Below the pieces are notes generated by a model. It saw only the letters and a program-made list of their open reading frames with translations, made no database searches and was not told where the DNA came from. This document shows, piece by piece, positions 9,801 to 18,256 of a DNA stretch of 61,408 nucleotides. The DNA lies in IMG/VR virus record IMGVR_UViG_3300020392_000014, positions 1 through 61,408 of that record; one strand, given 5' to 3'. Source of the DNA: a virus. Lineage: Duplodnaviria; Caudoviricetes. A program made the translations under genes and the position numbers. Every line of letters starts with the position of its first letter. The stretch's first letter is position 1.

Positions 9801-10021
9801 TACAAGGTGTAACATTTGATTGGAAAAAATCAGACAACATATTAGATATAAAAGAAGACATAGGGTTTATAGCACAAGATGTACAAAAGGTAGTACCAGA
9901 ACTTGTAAGAGAAAATGAAGATGGCATGTTGTCAATGAGGCATCAAGGCGTGGTGCCAATATTGCTTGAAGCAATAAAAGAGCTAGAAGCTAGAGTTAAA
10001 GAATTAGAAAAAAAACAATAA
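6860..10021 (+). CDS. Tail fibre 1 with C-terminal intramolecular chaperone (peptidase S74)
   Basis: GNVGIGT repeats; SDVRLKENI...GFIAQDVQ...LLEAIKEL. Confidence 0.85.
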   Translation: MAIRFLSNQTINGTLDLTNRVKVSGNSTDQYFYEGERTGVGVTLRLYDNSNTIYFDGYTGIVLRANQIGGSGGSIVFTGGNVGVGTVPAASVAFDVKEADTANDLIVGLTAGTGARAQIRSVVQSANTESAISFHTTLSSSTQEKLRILATGALSVGNSGTNYGTSGQVLTSTGNAVPQWTTPTTGTITGSGTANTVTKFTGASAVGDGPITFSSNDSTFSGLITATKTQDAQSLFRFINASTGTSATSRVVAEADAGSVQLIAAGSNFSGVSGAWQDAGVVCTSSMSGGLILASDNGVAINANGGTRALTISSSNQSATFTGQISGIGGNAATPSYIFEGNTDTGFFHPATDAIGFSTAGQEVMRIDANGNVAIQPGGATLTNTRLNVVSADNYDPSLFDGMGGIRIASAGSSSPGDGNYTGGIGFALTSGTSGIAGVQKGSDADKQGLAFFTHPSNTGGDAAEEKMRLDADGNLGIGTISPNARLESNANVTFSTIDTFGQIVAKSTSGALGMMLNIGVDDGGDFCFLQSVNRGVGATPLVLQRYAANVGIGTTSPGAKLEIFGTGNTLRLDSAANQSKTILLRNVGSGTAEIKTDGDLKLNAEDSGKTIQFFTEDTERMRIEADGDVLLTEGNFTMSGATPFIVLSNTAETESGITFVDSADPGQSAKITYDASGNDFKFYNNSTNVRMVIQNDGKVGIGTTAATANLEVGGANSTLRVGPRYPSGGDRDFVDLIAHGTDSKVLSNNERFHIENNSGDIIINPLSNVGIGTTSPLGKLMVRKDQAGSPTRIIVSNNGTVQSGTTARLSFYEGTSEKNYIERRRDGSGKLAFVAPANDNPFVWENTSGEFMRFVNSRVGIATTNPIFGLDVNSTGAFGGTGSFRTFVSGSASGSFIEFGTNADNDSLGALGTFASAFIFTTNQGLGFKWQYAGNDRMRLTTGGTLTVSGDVVAYGSPSDVRLKENIKTIESALDKVSKLQGVTFDWKKSDNILDIKEDIGFIAQDVQKVVPELVRENEDGMLSMRHQGVVPILLEAIKELEARVKELEKKQ

Positions 10022-10031
10022 ATTTGTAAAT

Positions 10032-10508
10032 ATGGCATTACCAAGTTCAGGACAAATAAGCGCAAGTCAAATAAACGCAGAGGTTCCAGGAAGGTCTTCT
10101 ACAGCTGAAGCCCCATTGTCAGGAACTAGTTCAACACCTCAAACAGGTTCTTTAGTAAAATTATATGCCACAGCTTCACCACCCGTAAACCAGTCAGCAC
10201 CCCATGCTTATTCGGAGTTTTATGGAAGATCGTTTGTTACTTTAACCGCATTTTTAAGTGGAGCAGGAACAACTGGTGATGCTTGTACCACTTTAGGCTC
10301 ATCATTTACATACTATCATGATGGAAGCGGGACATATCCTGCAGTAGGTGATAAAGTATACACAAACTCAAGTGGAACTACTCCAGCAAGTGGTGGTAGT
10401 GGAACAAATTACGGGGCTTTTTCATCAGGCCCACCAGGCCCACCTGTTCAATCTTATCGTATAACGGGTAGTACAGGAACAGTTCAAGCTGCAAGTGTTT
10501 GTCCTTAA
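10032..10508 (+). CDS. Small fibre-tip/adhesin-like protein
   Basis: MALPSSGQIS start typical of genes following S74 fibres; carries the Cys-closed YYHDG module; TAAATTTG at 10019-10026. Confidence 0.6.
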   Translation: MALPSSGQISASQINAEVPGRSSTAEAPLSGTSSTPQTGSLVKLYATASPPVNQSAPHAYSEFYGRSFVTLTAFLSGAGTTGDACTTLGSSFTYYHDGSGTYPAVGDKVYTNSSGTTPASGGSGTNYGAFSSGPPGPPVQSYRITGSTGTVQAASVCP

Positions 10509-10539
10509 TAGATTTTAATTTTGTCAAAAACAAAATCCT

Positions 10540-10547
10540 TATCTTTG
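10540..10547 (+). promoter_or_regulatory. -7 promoter element TATCTTTG
   Basis: TAnnTTTG 15 nt before the ATG at 10563. Confidence 0.65.
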
Positions 10548-10562
10548 TTTAAATCTTAATTT

Positions 10563-13238
10563 ATGGCTATCAGACTCCTAAGCAATGAAACTATTGATGG
10601 TAACTTAACATTTGGTGCAGTTAATCCATTTTCACAAAGCGCAAATGTTTTAGATGGTACAGGTACAGATGGTGCAAGAATTAGGTCAGCAGTTTCAGCA
10701 GCAGGTACACCGACATTTTCTAATTCTGATGATACTGATACTGGAATGTTTTTTCCAAGTGCAGACTCAGTTGCTTTCAGTACAGGCGGCACCACAGCAT
10801 TAACTATAAACTCATCTCAAAACGCAACTTTTGCAGGTGATATTAATATAGCAGCAGCAAAAAAATTAAAGTTTAATGCTAATTCTTTTATGACACCTGA
10901 AAACAATACAAGTGGTGCAGAAATCAGCACAGCAGGAACTTTTATTGTAAAAACTGGCTCTACTCCAACTTTAGGATTAACATTAGATGCATCACAAAAC
11001 GCAACTTTTGTTGGCACTATAAATACAGGTAAAGATAAATTCCTAAGATTTATTGCTGGTGCATCGGGTTCGGATGCTTCAATATTATTTGGTGACTCAG
11101 CAGGAACAGGTGGTAGTTTAACCTTTCAAAGAAATTCTGATGCAGCTTCTATATTAACTCTTAATGGAAATAAGGATGCAACTTTTGGGGGCAATATTGT
11201 AATGGGTGGTAACCAAATAAAATTTGCTGACAATGGTAAATTAATGATGGGTGATTCAAATGATTTACAAATATACCACAATGGCTCTAATTCTATTATA
11301 GACAATAATACAAATGATTTAATTATTAGATGTGATAGTGATGATATAAAAATACTATCAGAAGATGATATTGTATTAAGAGACAATGATGATAGTACAA
11401 ATTTTATACATTGTATCAATGGCGGTGCTGTAAAATTATACCATAATGGAAGCGAAAAGTTTGACACTACCAGTGGTGGGGCTAGAACAACAGGCACACA
11501 CATCATTTCAGATGCGGGCTCACCCATGCTTGAAATAGATGACACCACAGCTAATAAAGGGGAGTTATTAATATTTAGAGCTGAGGGTACTGCAGCAGAC
11601 ACAACGTTTTATCAATCAAAAGGTATTACCGGCCCTACAGGCAGTGAAACATACGGAGCTCATGTATTTCAAATATCAGATTCTGTTAACCCACTCACAT
11701 CTTTTACTTTAAAAGCAGATAGAAATGCTGCTTTTGAAGGCAACGTAGGTATAGGGCCTCAATCAGGCGGAGCTTTAACACAAAAATTACAAGTATCTTC
11801 TGTAACAAATGCTGATGGAATAATTATAACAGGAGATGGCACTACCATATCTAGCGGTGATTATAGAAGAATAGGTTTTAGATATGACGATACAGATGAA
11901 AGTTTTGAAAGTGAAATAAGATTTGTAGTTACAGATGAAAATGCTCACGGTGGTCAAATGCAGTTTGTTACTGACAACTCATCTGGAACAAAATCAATAG
12001 CAATGACTATTGACAAAAATCAGCGTGTAGGTATAGGAACAACGAACCCATTATCTCCATCTAAACTACAGATTGAAGGTGGTGATTTTTGGTTAAATAG
12101 AAATAATGCACCTACAAATATTTATTTAAGAATAAATAAAAGGGCTGGTCAAGATGGCGGTATTTTATTATATGGAAATAGTGCTTTAGATTGGCAAATA
12201 CTAAACGCTAGCGGTACAAGAGATTTAAATTTCTATTCTTATGGCGTTAGTAGCGTTGTTGCAATGATACAAAACTCTACAGGTAGAGTTGGAATAGGAA
12301 CAACTTCGCCTAGTGCTCAGTTACATCTTTTTAATTCTGCTGCAAGTGGTCAACCAATGCTTCAAGTAATGAGCCATGCAACTGCTGCTGGTAGTTTTAC
12401 TAATAATTACATGGCTGAGTTTTGCCATGCGTTTTCTGGCGTTAATCATGGTATGTTAGTCAAAAACAATGAAACCGATAATGCTAGAAGAACTTTAGAT
12501 ATAGCAGATGGTAATGGAATATTTGCAACTTTTACAAACGGGAAATTAGGAATCGGAACAACAAACCCAACAAAACAATTACATTTACTTCGTACAACAG
12601 GTGATGTGCGAGGTATTATGGTTGAAACAAGTGTTGCCACTAGTTATGCTGAAGTTCAAGTAAAAGCCGCAAGTGAGTTTAGAATAGGTACAGGTGGTAG
12701 TAGTACAACTCCAAATGGTCAGTTTTATGTATATGATGCTACAGCCGGCGCACATAGGTTTGATATTGATGCTAATGGAAACGTAGGTATTGGACAGATT
12801 AACCCTTCGTATAAATTAGAAGTAAACGGAACAGCGAATATTGTATCACACTTAACAGCTCACTGTTTGGGAGTTGGCACATCAGCCCCATTCGCAAATG
12901 GAGTAATAAGAGCAGCTGGAGATATTATCGCATATTATTCTTCTGATAAAAATTTAAAAGATAATATAACTAAAATAGAAAAACCTTTAGAAAAACTAGA
13001 AAAAATTAACGGATATGAGTTTGATTGGAATGATAAACAAGAATTGTATGAGGGTCATGATGTTGGTGTTGTTGCACAAGAAATAGAAGAAGTCTATCCA
13101 CAACTTGTTGAGACTCGTGAAGACGGATATAAAGCTGTCAAGTATGAGAAATTAGTACCTTTACTAATAGAAAGTATTAAGGAGCTAAAAAAAGAAATAG
13201 ATAATATTAAAACTAGATCATGGCAATCAGATTACTAA
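10563..13238 (+). CDS. Tail fibre 2 with C-terminal S74 chaperone
   Basis: MAIRLLS anchor; SSDKNLKDNI...GVVAQEIE...LLIESIKEL. Confidence 0.85.
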   Translation: MAIRLLSNETIDGNLTFGAVNPFSQSANVLDGTGTDGARIRSAVSAAGTPTFSNSDDTDTGMFFPSADSVAFSTGGTTALTINSSQNATFAGDINIAAAKKLKFNANSFMTPENNTSGAEISTAGTFIVKTGSTPTLGLTLDASQNATFVGTINTGKDKFLRFIAGASGSDASILFGDSAGTGGSLTFQRNSDAASILTLNGNKDATFGGNIVMGGNQIKFADNGKLMMGDSNDLQIYHNGSNSIIDNNTNDLIIRCDSDDIKILSEDDIVLRDNDDSTNFIHCINGGAVKLYHNGSEKFDTTSGGARTTGTHIISDAGSPMLEIDDTTANKGELLIFRAEGTAADTTFYQSKGITGPTGSETYGAHVFQISDSVNPLTSFTLKADRNAAFEGNVGIGPQSGGALTQKLQVSSVTNADGIIITGDGTTISSGDYRRIGFRYDDTDESFESEIRFVVTDENAHGGQMQFVTDNSSGTKSIAMTIDKNQRVGIGTTNPLSPSKLQIEGGDFWLNRNNAPTNIYLRINKRAGQDGGILLYGNSALDWQILNASGTRDLNFYSYGVSSVVAMIQNSTGRVGIGTTSPSAQLHLFNSAASGQPMLQVMSHATAAGSFTNNYMAEFCHAFSGVNHGMLVKNNETDNARRTLDIADGNGIFATFTNGKLGIGTTNPTKQLHLLRTTGDVRGIMVETSVATSYAEVQVKAASEFRIGTGGSSTTPNGQFYVYDATAGAHRFDIDANGNVGIGQINPSYKLEVNGTANIVSHLTAHCLGVGTSAPFANGVIRAAGDIIAYYSSDKNLKDNITKIEKPLEKLEKINGYEFDWNDKQELYEGHDVGVVAQEIEEVYPQLVETREDGYKAVKYEKLVPLLIESIKELKKEIDNIKTRSWQSDY

Positions 13239-15985
13239 GCGCTGAAACTATTGATGGAAATGCAACTTTTACAGGTGATGTTGCTTTTCAGGGAACTACA
13301 AATACTTATTCAGGTGTTGTAGGTCAACATCCTAAATTTACACAATACGCTGGATTATGGAACACTAAAGGTCAAGCCAATAACGCTGATCGTTATATGA
13401 TTTTAAATGCTGCCGAAGCTGATGGTTATAAAACATATATAACTGGAGATGAAGTATTAATAAGACCAGGACAAAACAATACAACAGGACAACTAATAAT
13501 TAGAACAACAGGTGCTACATTTGCAGGTATTGTAACAACAGATAAAATACTAGTTACTAAAGGACAAAATGTAAGCCACGGAGCAAGTCAATTAAGAATA
13601 AGTCAAGAAGATACAGCAACTTCAGAACTAAGATTTTATGGTGCAAACACAAGTACAGCAGGTACTTTGCGTTTTTTAGGTTCATCATCTGATGGTTCTG
13701 TTGGTGGTGAAAGAATGCGTATTGATAGTTCAGGCAATTTTAAAATTTTTGCAGGCGATTTAACACTTGAGGGTGGTCGTGTTATAGTAAGAGAAAGTGA
13801 TGATGGAAATGATGCAGCTAAATTAACAAGAGATGCAGATGAGGGTTATTTGCAATTATTTTCATCAGGTACACAAACCATAGAAATTAGAGGTAATGGT
13901 AATAGCTATTTTAATGGTGGAAATGTAGGAATCGGAACCAATTCACCTGTTGTAGAATTAGCAATAAACGACCCAACTGGGAATAGTGCTATTAGATTAG
14001 GCGGTGGTGCAGCAAATAATGAAACATATCAGATACAACAAGGTATAGATGGCGTGTCTAATGGTGGTTTTGCTATTAGAAATATTACAAACGGTTCTAA
14101 TCCATTTGTAATTCAACATAGTACAGAAAATGTAGGAATTGGGACGGATTCTCCCAATCAAAAACTTGAAGTAGCTGGTAGAATTAGAGTTACTACTGAC
14201 CCAACACTTGAGGTATATGAAGCATCTAATAAAAGAGGTGGTTTTCAATGGGATTCTACTAATGATTATGTAAATATATTTTCTACAGGTGGTGATATGA
14301 GATTTGATCTTGGTGGTGAAAGAATGCGTATTACAAGTGCAGGAAACGTAGGAATCGGAACTACTTCGCCTGATGGTAAACTTGAGGTTGCTGGTGGCAC
14401 AACTTTAGGATTAAGAATAAGTAATGCTGGTGATAGTTCCGCTTATGATCAAGTTAGGTTTACATATGGCGGATTTAATTCTGGATCACCTACAGTAACA
14501 TTTATGCCGCTAACAACACCCGGCAGTGGTAATGTAGATACCACTTTCCACTTTTCGAATACCAACGGGATTAATTCTAATAACAATCGAGCAAACGTAA
14601 ATATTGACGGTATACTAAATGTAGGATCCGCACGACAATCTGGTGAAACTACACTCATAATGCGAAATTATGATACATCGTTAGCAAACACTAACCAAAT
14701 ACAAAACTCAATTAGAATGAGTGGTCTATACTGGAGTGGTTCAACAAGTAGTCAATTAGTAGAAACAAGAATAAATTCTGTACATCAAGAAAGCGACGGT
14801 AATGGCGGTTCTGCATTAACATTTATGACTCAAACAGGTGGTTCTGCTGTGGTTGAACAAATGAGAATAGATAAGATTGGTAACGTAGGCATAGGGACTA
14901 ATAATCCTTCCCAAGCATTAGACGTCAATGGATACATTAAAGCTACAAATACTGGGGCTAACTACATGCAGGGGGTTTTTGTTGCGCATAGTAGTACATC
15001 AGATACTCCTTCATACAGAGGACAAGGTTATTTTACATATAATGAAGGCCATGATGTTAGTTGGTTTATGGGAACTCCCTACACTAATGGAGATTTTTTC
15101 TGTATAAATAGACAACATTCAACAACTGCTTTTGACACAGCTGCTGGGTATATAGGCAACACTAATACTGATAACTTTCTATCGATTACTAATGCTGGCA
15201 ATGTAGGAATCGGAACGATTTCGCCTGCATCTAAATTAAGCATAAATGCAGGAGTTGCTGCAATAACAGCTGGACCTACCGTTAGAATAAGTAAAGGTGC
15301 TTCGCCTGTTGGCTCTATTGAGTATGACACATTAGTTATAGAAGCAAATGATGTTCCTACAATAAGGTTTGGGGAAAGTGATGGTACAGTATCTACTATT
15401 ATGTCGGGAGATTCTAATTTAAGAATTAATTCAACAAGTCCTATAAAATTTTATACAGCAGGCACAACTACGGGGCCAGGCCACAGTGGTCAAAGTGGTA
15501 CTTTTGCTATGATTATAAACAATTCTCAAAACGTAGGAATTGCAAATTCAAATCCTACCACTAAATTAACTGTGCAAGGGGTAATAACAGCTGGTGATTC
15601 TAGTACTAATGGTTTTATAAGACGACAACACCAAAGTTTTTCAACAATGAAACCAGGCCCTCCGTCAGGCAGTAGCACAGATATGATTTTTGTAGACCAC
15701 ACACACTCCCTAGATATAACTGTAATGGCTTATATTAACACGTCTACTGTAGCGGTAGCTAGAGGTAATAGTGTTATTGCTTATGGAGCAGGTAGTGCAG
15801 GATTTACACAAACAAGTTTTTCACCAAACGGTACAATAAGTGCTATAAGTTTAACTTATGTAAACAGTGGAGGTTCAGAAGCTTATATTTTAAGAGTAAC
15901 TGTAACATATACTGGTAGTACAGCTCCTGTTATATCAATGACAGCAACAGGTCAATCAACAAGTAAACTAAGAGCTGCAACATAA
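13220..15985 (+). CDS. Tail fibre 3 (no S74 domain)
   Basis: MAIRLLSAETIDGN anchor; seven NVGI(G/A) repeats. Confidence 0.8.
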   Translation: MAIRLLSAETIDGNATFTGDVAFQGTTNTYSGVVGQHPKFTQYAGLWNTKGQANNADRYMILNAAEADGYKTYITGDEVLIRPGQNNTTGQLIIRTTGATFAGIVTTDKILVTKGQNVSHGASQLRISQEDTATSELRFYGANTSTAGTLRFLGSSSDGSVGGERMRIDSSGNFKIFAGDLTLEGGRVIVRESDDGNDAAKLTRDADEGYLQLFSSGTQTIEIRGNGNSYFNGGNVGIGTNSPVVELAINDPTGNSAIRLGGGAANNETYQIQQGIDGVSNGGFAIRNITNGSNPFVIQHSTENVGIGTDSPNQKLEVAGRIRVTTDPTLEVYEASNKRGGFQWDSTNDYVNIFSTGGDMRFDLGGERMRITSAGNVGIGTTSPDGKLEVAGGTTLGLRISNAGDSSAYDQVRFTYGGFNSGSPTVTFMPLTTPGSGNVDTTFHFSNTNGINSNNNRANVNIDGILNVGSARQSGETTLIMRNYDTSLANTNQIQNSIRMSGLYWSGSTSSQLVETRINSVHQESDGNGGSALTFMTQTGGSAVVEQMRIDKIGNVGIGTNNPSQALDVNGYIKATNTGANYMQGVFVAHSSTSDTPSYRGQGYFTYNEGHDVSWFMGTPYTNGDFFCINRQHSTTAFDTAAGYIGNTNTDNFLSITNAGNVGIGTISPASKLSINAGVAAITAGPTVRISKGASPVGSIEYDTLVIEANDVPTIRFGESDGTVSTIMSGDSNLRINSTSPIKFYTAGTTTGPGHSGQSGTFAMIINNSQNVGIANSNPTTKLTVQGVITAGDSSTNGFIRRQHQSFSTMKPGPPSGSSTDMIFVDHTHSLDITVMAYINTSTVAVARGNSVIAYGAGSAGFTQTSFSPNGTISAISLTYVNSGGSEAYILRVTVTYTGSTAPVISMTATGQSTSKLRAAT

Positions 15986-15992
15986 AATTTAT

Positions 15993-16000
15993 TATATTTG
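15993..16000 (+). promoter_or_regulatory. -7 promoter element TATATTTG (another copy at 16384-16391)
   Basis: TAnnTTTG just before the ATGs at 16013 and 16417. Confidence 0.6.
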
Positions 16001-16012
16001 TAAAAAAAAGTT

Positions 16013-16372
16013 ATGGCACTAGCATATAAATGGACAGTAAATCAATTAAACGCAAAAATTCACGCAGAAGGACATGATAATGTTGTGTACAATATACACT
16101 ACAGTTACACTGGTTCTGAAGGAAAATATTCATACACACTGATTGGCACGATGTATTTAGAATACGACCCAAATACTCCTTTCATACCATGGGCAGATGA
16201 TCAGGATTTTGAAAACGTTGTTATTGGTTGGCTAGAAAAAGGCCTTGATGTGGTTGAGATGCAAAAACAAATACAATCACAGGTAGATTTAGAAAAAAAT
16301 CCCGTGGATGAAGATTTATATTTTACATTTAATAATCCACCAGCTCCGCCAGTTGAGGAAAATGAAGAGTAA
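16013..16372 (+). CDS. Fibre-associated small protein (assembly chaperone-like)
   Basis: YKWTV...FIPW...VIGWL pattern recalled from genes downstream of such fibres. Confidence 0.5.
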   Translation: MALAYKWTVNQLNAKIHAEGHDNVVYNIHYSYTGSEGKYSYTLIGTMYLEYDPNTPFIPWADDQDFENVVIGWLEKGLDVVEMQKQIQSQVDLEKNPVDEDLYFTFNNPPAPPVEENEE

Positions 16373-16416
16373 AATATAATTAGTATATTTGAAATTAATA
16401 ATTAAATTAAATTAAA

Positions 16417-16665
16417 ATGAGTAAAAATAAATTAACAGAAGAAGAACTAAAAAGAATACAAGGTTTAAATCAAGATTTTACAAAAACAAAAATTGAAATA
16501 GCAGATAATGTTTTAAGAATCTTATCCCTTGTTGAAAATATATCCGACTTACGTAAAGCTTTTTCATTAGATGAAAAAACATTGGCTCAAAAGTATGGAG
16601 AAAACGCTCAAATAGATATAGCTACAGGTGTGGTAACCCAGCCTGAAGAAGAAGATAAAAAATAA
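16417..16665 (+). CDS. Small coiled-coil protein
   Basis: Heptads followed by KYG...IDIATG. Confidence 0.7.
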   Translation: MSKNKLTEEELKRIQGLNQDFTKTKIEIADNVLRILSLVENISDLRKAFSLDEKTLAQKYGENAQIDIATGVVTQPEEEDKK

Positions 16666-16666
16666 T

Positions 16667-17191
16667 ATGGCTAAAATTAGTAACACTGTTGCATACCCAA
16701 ATGTACAACCTACATTAGATGATTACTTTGTTTTGAGTGACCAAACAGATAGTTTGCTTACTAAAACTTCAAAATTATCAGATGTAAAAAACTTATTTGG
16801 TATACAAACTGTTACAGCTCATGTTACTGTTCAAGATGTAGAGTTAATAAATTTAGGAACTACTGATGTTACTTTAATTGCAGCTCCAGGAAGCAACAAA
16901 GTTTTGGATATTATATCGTTTGATGTATTTATGGATGTAGGTAATACACCATTTAATTTTATTAATGATTCAATAGTAAAACTTGATGGTGTAAACATAA
17001 CAACAATCTCCTCTTCAACAATTAACTCTGTGACAGATAAGGTTGTAAAACAGCCACTAGTTTTAACAAATATTTTGCTCGGCGTAAACAAGCCACTATT
17101 GTTAACTAACGTAGGTAATGCCACACAGGGCAATGGAGTTTTACGAATAAATATTTTATACAGAGAGCTTACTACTAATAATACATTTTAA
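16667..17191 (+). CDS. Virion structural protein
   Basis: N-terminus paralogous to 4635; LIAAPG beta domain. Confidence 0.6.
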   Translation: MAKISNTVAYPNVQPTLDDYFVLSDQTDSLLTKTSKLSDVKNLFGIQTVTAHVTVQDVELINLGTTDVTLIAAPGSNKVLDIISFDVFMDVGNTPFNFINDSIVKLDGVNITTISSSTINSVTDKVVKQPLVLTNILLGVNKPLLLTNVGNATQGNGVLRINILYRELTTNNTF

Positions 17192-17194
17192 ATA

Positions 17195-17419
17195 ATGGAT
17201 ATTAGGAAAATTTCTATAGGAGCAGACTATAAATCTGGTGCTATGCACTACATAGTAGGTCAAGAAGTTTTAGGAGGCACATATGTTATACACCTTATAC
17301 AGCAAGACGAAGATCAGCAATCTTACAAAATTTGGATAGAAAAAAGCAAAGAGCTTTTACTGTGGAAAGAGTTTAAAATGACCTTACCCATATCACTTGA
17401 ATATAATATCAATTTTTAA
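17195..17419 (+). CDS. Hypothetical protein (IRKISIG.DYK..AMHY type)
   Basis: Coupled ORF; motif recalled from Bacteroidota phages. Confidence 0.7.
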   Translation: MDIRKISIGADYKSGAMHYIVGQEVLGGTYVIHLIQQDEDQQSYKIWIEKSKELLLWKEFKMTLPISLEYNINF

Positions 17420-17988
17420 TGCGTTCACCCTTTTGTTTTATTGTACGTCCTGTTTCTGGTAGGAGATACAGTAATATAAAAAAAATTTCAGGTTTAGATT
17501 TTATAACAAGCGTTTCATTAGAAGACCATAAATCATCTAATAGATTTGCGGAAGTAATTTCCACACCGATAGATTATACAGGTGAAATAAAACCTAAAGA
17601 TATTTTATTGGTTCATCACAACGTTTTTAAGTTTTATTACGACATGAAAGGTGTAGAAAAAAGCGGAAGAAGTTTTTTTCGTGATGACTTATTTTTCATA
17701 GACTTTGATCAATTCTTCCTATATCACAACCATAAAGAGTGGAGATGTCACTCCAAATATTGTTTCGTGAAGCCTGTACAGGCAAAAAAATCTTATCTTA
17801 GTAAAACAGGAAAGGAAGAACCATTGATTGGCACTATTAAATATATTAATAAAGAACTTGAAGATATGGGTGTCAAGGTTGGGGATGAAATATCTTTTAC
17901 ACCTGAAAGTGAATATGAATTTTATGTAGAAGGTGAAAAGTTATATAGGATGTTTACAAATAATATAACAATGGTTTTAAATGACTAG
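17419..17988 (+). CDS. Tandem GroES-like co-chaperonin
   Basis: Two units: FIVRP...EIKPKDILLV and CFVKP...GVKVGDEISF...EFYVEGEKLYRM. Confidence 0.55.
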   Translation: MRSPFCFIVRPVSGRRYSNIKKISGLDFITSVSLEDHKSSNRFAEVISTPIDYTGEIKPKDILLVHHNVFKFYYDMKGVEKSGRSFFRDDLFFIDFDQFFLYHNHKEWRCHSKYCFVKPVQAKKSYLSKTGKEEPLIGTIKYINKELEDMGVKVGDEISFTPESEYEFYVEGEKLYRMFTNNITMVLND

Positions 17989-18256
17989 CAAAGAAATAAA
18001 AGAAAAAATTATAAAGGCTGGGGAGCAAGCTGTAATACAGCTTATAAAGGTTGCAAAAGAAGATATTATAAAGTATGATAAAGATGATGAGTTAGCAGCA
18101 GACAGATTAAAAAATGCAGCTGCAACAAAAAAACTTGCAATATTTGATGCTTTTGAAATATTGAAAAGAATAGAAGATGAAAAGGATTTGTTAGAAGGGA
18201 ACGAATTAAAAACAAAAAATATACCAAAAGGGTTTGCAGAATCAAGATCAAAATAA
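17981..18256 (+). CDS. Putative terminase small subunit
   Basis: Helical protein overlapping the TerL start; positional inference. Confidence 0.45.
   Translation: MTSKEIKEKIIKAGEQAVIQLIKVAKEDIIKYDKDDELAADRLKNAAATKKLAIFDAFEILKRIEDEKDLLEGNELKTKNIPKGFAESRSK

Larger units (their letters stand above)
7103..15545 (+). repeat. Dispersed (V/L)GIGT-type junction repeats, about 17 copies across three fibre genes
   Basis: Exact ggaatcggaac at 8960, 9170, 12549, 13928, 14351, 15206, plus variants. Confidence 0.85.

Noticed and set aside
6860-15985. Diversity-generating retroelement or shufflon acting on the fibres
   Set aside because: No reverse transcriptase or site-specific recombinase is seen, there is no TR/VR pair differing at adenines, and the repeats are short and all direct.
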